Below are positions 1 to 12,789 of a DNA stretch of 64,000 nt, in pieces; positions within the stretch are counted from its first letter, which is position 1, and each line of letters opens with the position of its first letter. The translations under genes and the position numbers were made by a program. The notes under the pieces are model-generated. The model did not search any database, had not been told where the DNA came from, and was given only the letters and a program-made list of their open reading frames with translations. The stretch is from Eledone cirrhosa (taxonomy: Eukaryota): assembly GCA_964016885.1 (NCBI GenBank), contig OZ024741.1, positions 83,452,001-83,516,000 of the forward strand, read 5' to 3'.

Positions 1-2932
1 CATTTGAAACGCTCAATGTTTTGTTATATGTTTCAGCTGTCACATTGCTATCATATAACACACATCTAAAACCACGCAATCAAGATACAAACAGAAAGCC
101 TGAACCAGCGTGGATGCGAAATTTAAAAACCAAAATTTTGTCCCTGAGACGAAGTATCTCACACATCGCAGTCGTTATGAAATGCAACATAGAGAGAAAC
201 TTCACACGACACCAGGAAGACCTAAATAAAAAGTTAGAGAGACGATTTGGAGATACCAAATTTAAAACTTTGAACTCCAAATTACACCAGTTGAAACAAC
301 AACTCACAGCTACAACAGAAAGACTAAAATATAAGTCAACAGCCCATAAACGACAAGTGCTAAATAGATTGTTTGCCAGAGATCCTAAATCAGTTTATCG
401 CAGCTTCGGTGGCAAAAGCTCAATCCCTGTAAACGACACCCCTTCAAAAGAACAGGTTGAGAACTACTGGAGATCTGTATGGGAAACGGATGACGGATTC
501 AACAGACAAGCTAATTGGCTAAAACAACTGGAACAGGACTACTGCCAACATGTCCAGACAAAACAATATGACATAGATGGGTCAATACTGGAAACAGCTC
601 TACAGAAAATGTCGAATAGGAAATCGCCAGGCCCAGACCTCATTACAGGATACTGGTTGAAGAATTTCACTTTCTATCGGCAAGATCTCATACGGCTGTT
701 TACAGAAACCATTAAGGGCACACAAGAACTGCCCAGATGGTTATCAACTGCCACTACTCTCCTCATTCCCAAAAATAGCCAAACCACCCTTGCTAAAAAT
801 TACCGCCCAATTGCCTGCCAAAACATCATGTATAAATTATATACTGGGTGCCTTAACCTGTTCTTACAAGATCACTGTGCTACCAACAACATCATAACAC
901 CTGAGCAAGCTGGTGGAAAGAGGGAGGTGTGGGGTTGCATAGATCACCTACTAACTAACAAAATGATTCAGGAAAAAACAACAAAGAATCGCAGAAACAT
1001 GACTGTCGTGTGGCTGGACTATCAAAAAGCATTTGATAGTGTACCTCATGGGTGGATTATTAAGGCTTTACAGTTAGCTAAAGTCCCACAACCATTAGTA
1101 GCTGCTGTTGAACGCCTGACCAAGAACTGGTACACCAATTTGATCCTTAGAGGTGAGAAGGAGCAGGTTAAGACTGATAGGATACATTACCAGAAGGGCA
1201 TCTTTCAGGGTGATAGCTTGTCAGTACTACTCTTCGTTCTCTCACTGAATCCACTATCTTACCTACTCAGGAAACAAGGTGGACAAAGAAGTGGGCCCAG
1301 AAGTATCTCCCATCTTTTCTTTGTTGATGACCTGAAGTTGTATGGGCCAAATATCAATGACATCAAGAAACAATTGGACCTCATTACACAATTTTCAACC
1401 GACATCAAAATGAAATTTGGTGAGTCCAAGTGTGCATATTTGACAGTAAAACGTGGAAGAGCTGTGCCCTCCTCTAGAAATCTAGATATGAACGGCCTGA
1501 CAATACAACCTCTGCAGTCAGGTGACAACTACAGATATCTTGGACAGGATGAGAATGTCAGATATGATGGACCCATAAATAAGGAGAGAACCAGAACTGA
1601 ATACCTCAGAAGAGTAAAAAAAATATGGTCATCAGAACTGTCAGCATACAACAAATACATTGCCCACAAAACCTATGCTGTGCCAATTCTAACGCCAACA
1701 TTTGGCCTACTGAACTGGTCATTGCAAGAACTAAGTGAGATGGATGTTAGAACTCGTAAACTTCTCAGTGTTACTGGGAACTTTAACATCAATGGTGATG
1801 TGGATAGGCTATACTTCTCACGCAAGGAAGGTGGCCGGGGTCTAAAATCAATATTAACAACATATGAAACCCGGATAGTAACACTGAAGCAACACCTTCA
1901 ACATAGGAAAAAGGTTGGCGACCATCTTGCTCAGGTTTATGAGCATGAAAAAAGAAATATCATTAGAATAGCGACTGATCTGGAGGAGAGATATGGAATA
2001 AAGCCTGATATAAATCTCTCACCCAGAGAAATCGGAAGATCCTATTCAATGTTCAAACAAGAAAAGAAAATTGACCAATTTACAGAGAAAGTTGTGCATG
2101 GATACTTGAGGCGTAAAACACAGACCATAGAGGGGATAAACCACTCAAAAAGCCTGGCATGGAGTTCCGACAAGTTTATGACATCACACCTTGAGGGATA
2201 TCTCTATGCAATACAGGAACAAGAACTCCCTACCAAATATCTGCTGCACAAAAGAGGAGGGCCAGCAGCTGACAATAAATGTAGGCTATGTAAAACAAAG
2301 ATCGAGGATGTAAGCCACATTGTTGCCAGCTGCGAAAGAATGTCATCTCGCTACTACCTCCCCATGAGACACGATGGGATAGCTAGAACTATCTGGAACG
2401 CACTTAGGAAAACAAAATTAACAACAAACGAGGAAGAATATATTGAGACAGATGGCACTAAGGAATACTGGTGGAACCTGAAAATAAAAACTGCCACCAA
2501 ATTAAAGCACAACCGGCCTGATATTGTAGTTTGGGACCACACATTGAAAACGTGTTCTGTTGTGGAGATCAGCTGCCCACTTGATGTAAACGTTGTCAGA
2601 AAAATACAGGAGAAGGAGGACATCTACGGACCATTGATGAGGAGCTTACAAATCCAGTATCCAAGATAACCTTTAGCTTCATACCCATCATTATTGGTGC
2701 TACGGGTTATATACCAACCCGCTTGGACCAAAGTATGACCGAACTTGGATTTGCGGACAAAAAGCGCAGCTCCCTAATTCATAGTCTACAAATGGCTGCG
2801 ATAGCTGGCACCTTCAAAATATGCAAAACATTCTTGCGATTCAAGGGATGACAATTTCTTTTCTTTTACAACCTTGCCACCAGGAAGGTGGCCGGTCAAA
2901 AAAAGATACTCGAAATTAAGAGAAAGAGAAAA
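1..2932 (+). mobile_element. R4/Dong-like non-LTR retrotransposon (RT + RLE endonuclease), copy A; 5' part lies outside the window
   Basis: ORF 21-2669 has RT motifs (KSPGPD, YRPIAC, WLDYQKAFDSVPH, GIFQGDSLS, FVDDL), GGRGL, a CCHC knuckle CRLCKTKIEDVSHIVASC and RLE motif RPDIVVWD..VVEISCP. The 3' UTR ends ...AGAGAAAGAGAAAA followed by TACATACATACA. Confidence 0.9.
21..2851 (+). CDS. Near-intact RT-RLE polyprotein of copy A (N-terminus outside window; 1-bp frameshift near 2668)
   Basis: 882 uninterrupted codons with catalytic FVDD. The stop at 2669 comes from a 1-bp loss (CCAAGATAACC vs CCAAGATACACC in copy B). The shifted frame continues TFSFIPIIIGATG...KICKTFLRFKG to TGA at 2849-2851. Confidence 0.8.
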
Positions 2933-2949
2933 TATACATACATACATTA

Positions 2950-5900
2950 CATTACATTTATAAAGAAATATACAAGTAACGTTTTCGATTCAGAAACAAA
3001 AACATAAGTGTTTGAACTGTGAATATGTTGTGAATAAGATGTAGAACACCTATTTATGTGAATGATACATAAACTTTAGCATATAAATACAGCGTTGTTA
3101 TATTATATTACATTCATAAAGGAATATACTAAGTAACGGTTCTTTTTGTTCTCGATTCAAGCGATTCAAGAACAACGTTTAAAACACAGTTGTAGAATTA
3201 AAAACTAACTGAAAATAAATATTACCCAAGCTGTGAATAACTTTAAATTTGATTCTGACAGAAATTTGTCGAAATTTTAAGAAGATCATCGAATATTTTG
3301 AAAAATAAATACGAAATATTAGTGAATAGACGAACTCATCATGGCAAAAAGTACAAGTCTCCTTCGATCAAATCGCAACTACAACCGTTGTATACAATGG
3401 AGCTACGAGCTTAACAAAGTATTATATGAAGCATACAAACAATCTGAATCCCAAAAGTTCGGTTTTATGCAAAGGCTAAAAACTTTATGGAACTCCAAAC
3501 ACCCAGAATTAGACTTTTCTCCAAAGCATTTAAATGAACAGGCAAAACGTATCATTAGATGTAAATTGATACATCTAACGGAATTGAGTGATACTACAAA
3601 TACAGCCCTTGTAGACAACCACCCCACCTCCACTGACAGACAAAGAGAATGGCCAGCTAAATCTAACAGTGAACAGCTCGCCAACAATTTTGCTGAAATC
3701 TATCCCACTTCCACTGAAGAACAGCGAGAAAGGTCAGCTAACTCTAGTAGTAATTGTCACCACATCAACAACGAGGCTGAAATTCATGACTCTACTGAAC
3801 AAACAGAGCACCAAAAACTTGTGGGCACCCTACAAGTGATATGGAACGATATGTTTCAAGAGATACACAGCCTTAATGTGAGTGACAGACCATACAACAC
3901 TAGAGTCAGTAAAGAACCCACTAAATTGGAATTGGAAGCGGTGAACGAAATAGCTGGCAATTATCTGAAGGCTATACGATCTAAAGGTGTAGAAACGACA
4001 TTTGAAACGCTCAATGTTTTGTTATATGTTTCAGCTGTCACATTGCTATCATATAACACACATCTAAAACCACGCAATCAAGATACAAACAGAAAGCCTG
4101 AACCAGCGTGGATGCGAAATTTAAAAACCAAAATTTTGTCCCTGAGACGAAGTATCTCACACATCGCAGTCGTTATGAAATGCAACATAGAGAGAAACTT
4201 CACACGACACCAGGAAGACCTAAATAAAAAGTTAGAGAGACGATTTGGAGATACCAAATTTAAAACTTTGAACTCCAAATTACACCAGTTGAAACAACAA
4301 CTCACAGCTACAACAGAAAGACTAAAATATAAGTCAACAGCCCATAAACGACAAGTGCTAAATAGATTGTTTGCCAGAGATCCTAAATCAGTTTATCGCA
4401 GCTTCGGTGGCAAAAGCTCAATCCCTGTAAACGACACCCCTTCAAAAGAACAGGTTGAGAACTACTGGAGATCTGTATGGGAAACGGATGACGGATTCAA
4501 CAGACAAGCTAATTGGCTAAAACAACTGGAACAGGACTACTGCCAACATGTCCAGACAAAACAATATGACATAGATGGGTCAATACTGGAAACAGCTCTA
4601 CAGAAAATGTCGAATAGGAAATCGCCAGGCCCAGACCTCATTACAGGATACTGGTTGAAGAATTTCACTTTCTATCGGCAAGATCTCATACGGCTGTTTA
4701 CAGAAACCATTAAGGGCACACAAGAACTGCCCAGATGGTTATCAACTGCCACTACTCTCCTCATTCCCAAAAATAGCCAAACCACCCTTGCTAAAAATTA
4801 CCGCCCAATTGCCTGCCAAAACATCATGTATAAATTATATACTGGGTGCCTTAACCTGTTCTTACAAGATCACTGTGCTACCAACAACATCATAACACCT
4901 GAGCAAGCTGGTGGAAAGAGGGAGATGTGGGGTTGCATAGATCACATACTAACCAACAAAATGATTCAGGAAACAACAACAATGAATCGCAGAAACATGA
5001 CTGTGGTGTGGCTGGACTATCAAAAAGCATTTGATAGTGTACCTCATGGGTGGATTATTAAGGCTTTACAGTTAGCTAAAGTCCCACAACCATTGGTAGC
5101 TGCTGTTGAACGCCTGACCAAGAACTGGTACACCAATTTGATCCTTAGAGTTGAGAAGGAGCAAGTTAAGACTGATAATATACATTACCAGAAGGGCATC
5201 TTTCAGGGTGATAGCTTGTCAGTGCTACTCTTCGTTCTCTCACTGAATCCACTATCTTACCTACTCAGGAAACAAGGTGGACAAAGAAGTGGGCCCAGAA
5301 GTATCTCCCATCTTTTCTTTGTTGATAACCTGAAGTTGTATGGGCCAAATCTCAATGACACCAAGAAACAATTGGACCTCATTACACAATTTTCAACCGA
5401 CATCAAAATGAAATTTGGTGAGTTCAAGTGTGCATATTTGGCAGTAAAACGTGGAAGAGCTGTGCCCTCCTCTAGAAATCTAGAGATGAACGGCCTGACA
5501 ATACAACCTCTGCATTCAGGTGACAACTACAGATATCTTGGACAGGATGAGAATGTCAGATATGATGGACCCATAAATAAGGAGAGAACCAGAACTGAAT
5601 ACCTCAGAAGAGTAAAGAAAATATGGTCATCAGAACTGTCAGCATACAACAAATACTTGCCCACAATACTTATGCTGTGCCAATTCTAACGCCAACATTT
5701 GGCCTGCTGAACTGGTAATTGCAAGAACTACGTGAGATGGATGTTAGAACTCGAAAACATCTCAGTGTTACTGGGAACTTTAACATCAATGGTGATGTGG
5801 ATAAGCTATACTTCTCACGCAAGGAAGGTGGCCGGGGTCTAAAATCAATATTAACAACATATGAGACCCGGATAGTAACACTGAAGCAATACCTTCAACA

Positions 5901-6923
5901 GAGAAAAAAGGTTGGCAACCAACTTGCCCAGGTTTAAGAGCATGAAAAAAAAATATCATTAGAATAGCGACTGATCTGGAGGAGAGATATGGAATAAAGC
6001 CTGATATAAATCTCTTACCCAGAGAAATCGGAAGATCCTATTCACTGTTCAAACAAGATAAAAGAATTGACCAATTTACAGAAAAAGTTGTGCATGGATA
6101 CTTGAGGCGTAAAACACAGACCATAGAGGGGATAAACCACTCAAAAAGCCTGGCATGGAGTTCCGACAATTTTATGACATCAGACCTTGAGGGATATCTC
6201 TATGCAATACAATTACAAGAACTCCCTACTAAATATCTGCTGCACAAAAGACGCGGGACAGCAGCTGACAATAAATGTAGGCTATGTGAAACAAAGATCG
6301 AAGATGTAGGCCACATTGTTGCCAGCTGCGAAAGAATGTCATCTCGCTAATACCTCCCCATGAGACACGATGGGATAGCTAGAACCATCTGGAATGCACT
6401 TAGGAAAACAAAATTAACAAACGAGGAAGAATATATTGAGACAGATGGCACTAAGGAATACTGGTGGGACCTGAAAATAAAAACTGCCACCAAATTAAAG
6501 CACAACCGGCCTGATATTGTTGTTTGGGACCACACATTAAAAACGTGTTCTGTTCTGGAGATCAGCTGCCCACTTGATGTAAACGTTGTCAGAAAAATAC
6601 AGGAGAAGGGGGACATCTACGGACCATTGATGAGGAGTTTACAAATCCATATCCAAGATACACCTTTAGCTTCATACCCATCATTATTGGTCTAAGCGGG
6701 TTATATACCAACCCGCTTAGACCAAAGTATGACTGAACTTGGATTTGCGGACAAAAAGCGCAGCTCCCTAATTCATAGTCTACAAATGGCTGCGATAGCT
6801 GGCACCTTCAAAATTTGCAAAACATTCTTGCGATTCAAGGGATAACAATTTCTTTTCTTTTACAACCTTGCCACCAGGAAGGTGGCCGGTCAAAAAAATA
6901 TACTCGAAATTAAGAGAAAGAGA
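2950..6923 (+). mobile_element. R4/Dong-like LINE copy B, full length, inactivated; head-to-tail with copy A (period 3998 bp)
   Basis: Position 1 corresponds to 3999. 5' UTR ~2950-3340, ATG at 3341, same 3' UTR as copy A, followed by (TACA)4. Confidence 0.9.
3341..6845 (+). pseudogene. Disrupted RT-RLE ORF of copy B
   Basis: Fragments 3341-5689, 5719-5937, 6090-6350 and 6360-6695 are collinear with copy A. FVDD is mutated to FVDN, with several stops and frameshifts. Confidence 0.9.
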
Positions 6924-7232
6924 TACATACATACATACAAAGCAGCAGCTAATCCCAGAATGGTGTTCTAAAGAGTTTCGTGTGTGCTAAATTTTGTGGA
7001 TGAAACAATCTGAGCTATTGAGCCATACGAAACATTTTTGAATAAATCATACTCCTCCATATGTAATGTGGCATTTACAGTGCAGATGGGCTAACATGTC
7101 ACAGCAAACATGTCACGCCAATTATCACTGCTTATTTTATAACATATTACATATACCTTCCTGGTTTGATCCGCCATCTTATATGACATCAGTGACAACA
7201 ACGTCAATAACATTAGTTGAATTCCCCCATAC

Positions 7233-7265
<33 letters not shown>

Positions 7266-7285
7266 TGGGGGAGATATCGACCTAT

Positions 7286-7348
<63 letters not shown>

Positions 7349-7611
7349 GCAAAAAATGAAACGAAATTTCATTTCCCACTCTTAGTACGGCTGTTACTTA
7401 AATATAAGTATGTATATGTACATACTAATATGTATACAGACGTACAGTAGTATATATATATATATATATACATGCACACATATATATATATGTACGTATG
7501 GATTCACCGAACATTTATTATAATGCTCGGTGTGTTTGTAAACAAACATCCCGTATTAAGCCGCAGTGTCTAGGAACCATCGTTGCTCGTTTGTTCAACA
7601 CTGACAAAGGA

Positions 7612-7654
7612 ACGCTGTACTAGTTTCAAGCTTATTAGTTATCGTCAGCAACGT
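7612..7654 (-). ncRNA. Minimal type I hammerhead ribozyme motif (inverted unit)
   Basis: Minus strand reads acgttg CTGACGA taactaataagctt GAAA CTAG TA cagcgt. Stem I pairs; one mismatch in stem II. Confidence 0.7.
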
Positions 7655-7778
7655 ATACCTTCCTGCCAGATGATTTAACGCCTGAAAGTATATACTTTCC
7701 TTATGAATATTAACGACTGAGTATATGCATAAGGAAAGTATATACTTTCATACGTTCAATCATCTGGCAGGAAGGTAT

Positions 7779-7821
7779 ACGTTGCTGACGATAGCTAATA
7801 AGCTTGAAACTAGTACAACGT
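7779..7821 (+). ncRNA. Minimal type I hammerhead ribozyme motif
   Basis: acgttg CTGACGA t agct aata agct t GAAA CTAG TA caacgt: 6-bp stem I, intact core, 4-bp stem II, palindromic CUAG stem III. Predicted cleavage after GUA at 7815. Confidence 0.85.
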
Positions 7822-8123
7822 TCCTTTGTCAGTGTTGAACAAACGAGCAACGATGGTTGCTAGACACTACGACTTAATACGGGATGTTTGTTTACAAACA
7901 CACGAGCATTATAATAAATGTACGGTGAATGTATATGTACATATATATATGTGTGCATGTATGTATTTATATATACATACTACTGTACGTCCGTATACAT
8001 ATATGTATGTATGTATACATACTTATATTTAAGTAACAGCCGTACTAAGAGTGTGAAATGAAATTTCGTTTCATTTTTTCCGTTTATCGTTTTCGGTGTA
8101 CCCGGCCGATTAAACCACTCGAT

Positions 8124-8131
8124 ATGCAAAT
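8124..8131 (+). promoter_or_regulatory. Octamer motif ATGCAAAT in the hammerhead repeat
   Basis: Exact match ~80 nt upstream of the CTGACGA core. Also present at 37931-37938, 37755-37762 (minus), 19186-19193 and 19515-19522. Function is inferred. Confidence 0.45.
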
Positions 8132-8205
8132 TGTGCTACTCAGCCGTTAATATGAATAAGGAAAGTATATACTTTCAGACGTTCAATCATCTGGCAGGAA
8201 GGTAT

Positions 8206-8248
8206 ACGTTGCTGACGATAGCTAATAATCTGGAAACTAGTACAGCGT
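8206..8248 (+). ncRNA. Minimal type I hammerhead motif, second direct unit
   Basis: acgttg CTGACGA tagctaataatctg GAAA CTAG TA cagcgt. Core intact, stem II partly mutated. Predicted cleavage at 8242, 427 nt after the previous site. Confidence 0.7.
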
Positions 8249-8464
8249 TCCTTTGTCAGTGTTGAATAAACGAGCAACGATGGTTGCTAGACAATACGGC
8301 TTAATACGGGATGTTTGTTTACAAACACCCGAGCATTATAATATATGTTCGGTGAATCCATACGTACATATATATATGTGGTCATGTATGTATATATATA
8401 TACATGCTACTGTACGTCCGTATACATATATGTATGTACGTATACATACTTATCTATATATATA

Positions 8465-9095
8465 TATGGGGGAGATATCGACCGTTTCCCGGTCTCTTTT
8501 CATTCATATGTATCACACTCGCAACAACGCAGCACGCAATTTTTTCATTCACATATAATTTTTTCCCCTCGCTGTGGTTCGTATTTTTTCTATCACCTTA
8601 CTGCTATCCTCTTTCTCTGCCCCTTCTCTCTCCTTGTACCTCTTGCTTTCATTCACCCTCCTCTGCTGGTCACACATTCTCTCTAGCCTCTTACTCACAC
8701 TTTCACTGACTTACTCTGTGCTACTCCCCCTCTCTTAATTCCTCCCGTCTGACCTGTGTGAAATCCTTTTCTCTCTCACTTTTCGCGTGGTTCGGATGCG
8801 TGTGCCTCTCATCTTCGATTGATTTGTTCGGATTTAAGTCAACAAGATTCATTGACTTGTCTCTCTTTTCCTCTCGTTACGTTGCATTACTACCATGTTG
8901 TTGTTTTCTTTCCCCTTCGAATTCGCTCTCTCCTGATAACTTATTTTAGTTATCGCTCTTACTGATTGTGAGGTATCTGGTTTTTTAATGCGAAGAAATA
9001 CAAATGATAATCAGCAGACCACTGATGCGGGACAGTCCCGTTCCTCGGTCTATTTTTATTCATATATATATTATTATATGGGGAAGATATCTACC

Positions 9096-9098
<3 letters not shown>
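8465..9098 (+). repeat. ~550-600-bp pyrimidine-rich non-coding element with short terminal redundancy (related to 47441-48312 and 55767-56388)
   Basis: CCGTTTCCCGGTCTCTTTTCATTCAT (~8482) recurs as CCGTTCCTCGGTCTATTTTTATTCAT (~9038). Shares GAGGTATCTG..TTTTAATGCG..GAAATAC.AATGAT...CACTGA with 56267-56322. Confidence 0.55.
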
Positions 9099-9150
<52 letters not shown>

Positions 9151-9339
9151 GAGGGGTTTGTCGATAGTTAACGTAAGGTAATGCCACTTTTTAAAAAGGC
9201 CACTCAATACGTTAGCAGAGAATAAGTATCTTCGTTTTATATAGAAATCAATTCTATTGGATTTAAATTGTTTCATACATGTGAAAATCATCAGGAAAAG
9301 CATGTTGAATTCGTACGAATGAAATCATTTGTATACGAA

Positions 9340-9429
<90 letters not shown>

Positions 9430-9672
9430 TGTTTACATGCCAACCATCTCAGTAGAATGAGGGTCTCAATCTACTGACATAGCTTTAAAGATTAGGTTTG
9501 TTTGAAGAATTTCAAACAAATCGAATATTATTATTAATATTCGAAAAAACTCAGGTTACATTATTGTATTCAGCCATGTAGAGAGAAAATTATATATATA
9601 TATATATGTGTGTGGGTGTGTGTATATATATATATATATATATATGAGTTTGTGTGTGTGTGTGTATATATA

Positions 9673-9747
<75 letters not shown>

Positions 9748-11100
9748 CATATTATAGGTTTGTGTCAAGAGAAATTGTAATGGTGCATTTGAATAGTAAT
9801 TGCAATACTCAAATTGAAGATACTAATGAATATGACACCGACAAATCTGTACAAAATAGTATATACATTAACCATTAACCTCTGACAGCTGACGATCTGG
9901 AAATAACCTTAAGCTGTAAGTAGCTAATTACCTTATATCTTAAACACGCCATGACATAAGAACAGTGCTACTTTATCTAAACTGTGTTTTCGAAATTTAT
10001 CATTGTAAGGGTGATTGATTGGCAGGTTCGTTTATAAAGTTGGACAAAACGACTTAAATCCATCTTGGCAGGATTAAATATACCAGTCAAATACTGGAAG
10101 GGATGTAATCGATAATCCCTTCACATACATTCCTGGTCTTGTAACACAATTCGAAATCATCATTTAACTCAATTGTGTGTGATTAGAGGGTGATCTGGCT
10201 ACCATTGCTCGCTGGTAAACGAACACATACATTTGTTCATTGTTGCTTTTGTATGATAGTATTGTTTCAGTGTCTGAGTATGTAAAGAACTTGGTATAAT
10301 TCTGCAAAACATATCAAGGATGGGCTGGATGAAATTACAAGCAGATTTCTACGAGAACATTTCCTGTTCGGCAGACAAATATGTGATGGAAGTCTATTCA
10401 TGATAATATAAAATGAAGCTAAGACATCAAACATGTATGAAGAAATAAAAGCAAGAATGGCATGATATATTACAATGAAGAAGCTTGAATGGACACGTAC
10501 TCCATGGAAGTGAAAGATCAAAAGACATATTGTTCTTTTAAAAGTGAATCAGAAAATGAAATTAATAGTATTGACGAAGACATAAATTTTGGTAATTGGG
10601 AGGAATCATAATGTATGTTGTTAGGTTTCATGCGTCAAGCTGTATAGTAACAACCTTCTCATATTCAAATTTGTGTTTTAATTTTGAAACACTACGGATG
10701 TTAGTGGTAATATATTTTATTCCAGAATGCCCTCCTTAAGTTATTACATGATTCAGCTGCAAACTGTATGCATGTTTTGTGTATATTAATAATGTGGTAG
10801 GAAAATACACTTAGATCAGCTTTCTGTTTAATGGTCCTTCTACCGTATAGAGAAGTAAATGTTGCATAAGATGACTAGAGGTACGACACCTTCAACAATA
10901 TATTTACTTAACATGTAGAAATAACCCTAGTATTTCTCGTTTATCATTATCAGGTTAAGTAAACATAAATTTCTGTTGAAGTATCTGCCAGTATTACATG
11001 TAATTCAAAATTTTCTCGGGGGAAGGGGGCTATGTGTGTGTATGTATGATTATGGAGCTGTTTAACTCTATAGGAGGCTGGTTTCATCTACAAATAGAGA

Positions 11101-11232
11101 GAAGAAGAAGAAGAATAGTCATATGAAAGAAGAAAAAAAACGAAGAAAAGGAAGAAACATGAGGAGAAGAAGAAGAAGAAGAAGAAGAAGAAGAAGAAGA
11201 AGAAGAAGAAGAAGAAGAAGAAGAAGAAGAAA
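11101..11232. repeat. (GAA)n microsatellite
   Basis: Long GAA run with an interrupted 5' part. Confidence 0.95.
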
Positions 11233-12789
11233 TGCCTAGTTGTCTTCAGCGGGATTTGCATTCAGCACGCAGAAACCGCCATTTTCCTACTAAGATCAAT
11301 AATAATAGAAGTAAATCTGAAATTAACATTCGTGCTACTGTGCTACCGTGTTTCTCTCAACTGAGTTACTAATCTTCCCTTTCATTATCGAACATTGCAT
11401 AAATAAAATCACAATATTTATAAAATGTCTTGAGATTACAAATACGACACTTGTATAGCTGATCCAGATATTCGTGTGAAGTTTCCAATGTAATCGAATA
11501 TACCTGTTTCTAATCTCACATATCACTAGTCTTTATTTAAATAGTAAGGAAGGCTGCTCAATGTAAATAAGGTCCAGAAGAAGTCAGCATTCAATCAGAA
11601 GTTATTGATGTTTGCAATGCCTTTCTAATCACTACGGAAAAGTTGAAGTTGACCAATAACTCTAGAATCAAAGGAGTTTTCTCAGCGATAACATCTCCTT
11701 GCTCAATTTAATGTATTCCCTCTACTTCAACTCTACTAAAAAGCTATCCTGAATTTCCCCTCATTCCCACTCAGATAGTGCCTGCGCTGGGCTACAATTA
11801 TGAGCGAATCAAACACTTTACAATTTAATAAATAATTCAGTCACCATATTTATAAAATTGAACAAATATTTTATATAGCTTAAATTTAACATATCAAAAG
11901 TGTGATACTATATAATGATATTCTAGTCTCTTTCCTTCTATTCATTGTTTATGAAAAGTACATAGTGTAAGTCTGAGTAAGGAAAATGAATGAGGCAAAA
12001 TAATCAGGTTTGGAAAGACGGTAAATCTTATGTCAGTTTCATCAGATCTAAACTGAGTTTAATGTATAAGCGATTGTGGCAGCAGTATGTATGAGATTTT
12101 AAGAACTTGGCTTCGCACTCGGGTTCATTTCCACTGCCTGATATGATAGACAAGTGTATTTACGATAAGTTTGGATTGATTCAAGATTTGTGATTGAAAG
12201 TGGAAAGACCGAAATTGAGTTGAAGTCCGTAAGATGAATTGTACCTCTAATTTAAATATCCAGCTTTTTCGTTATAGTCTCAAACTGAAGAGCATAGGGC
12301 GTACATTACTGGTACACGTATCTGTGGAATACTTAACCCCGTATAGCTTAATTCACGTGTTTACTTGATGGAAAAATTAAATGTGCATCAGTTTATTATA
12401 TCGAATGCCTGAATTTTCACGTTGCATTTTTTTTTTTAATCGTATGTTTTTCTCTCAAGTATATATACGGGTACGGACACTGACATATTCAAACATATAT
12501 ATGAGAGGCTTCTTCATTGCTGTCCGTGTAAGCAATTGTAATATGAGTTATTGGGTAAACTGAGGCTAGAATAGAGTATATTCGCTAAGTTGTTAAAACC
12601 CGAAAACATGTGCTTTGGATCGAACTTATTTAACTCAGTGCCTTACAATTATCCCTGTTGACATATACATACATACATGCATACATACATACCTTCCTAC
12701 CTGCATACGTACATGCATACATACATACATACATACATACATACATACATACATACATACATACATACATACATACATACATACATACA

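Larger units (their letters stand above)
7343..8460. repeat. Cluster of a 427-bp hammerhead-bearing repeat: one inverted unit (7343-7722) then two direct units (7723-8149, 8150-8460 partial)
   Basis: 7343-7712 is the reverse complement of ~7723-8087. The same sequence recurs 427 bp later (ORF shadows at 7826 and 8253). Flanked by (TA)n. Confidence 0.9.

Noticed and set aside
80-6616. Minus-strand ORFs over the LINE copies (and similar shadows over the Helitron and Tx1 ORFs)
   Set aside because: Antisense shadows of real coding frames with no motifs of their own.
9884-9918. CTGACGA tctg GAAA hammerhead-like string
   Set aside because: No stem II, and the possible stem I does not follow a UH cleavage site.
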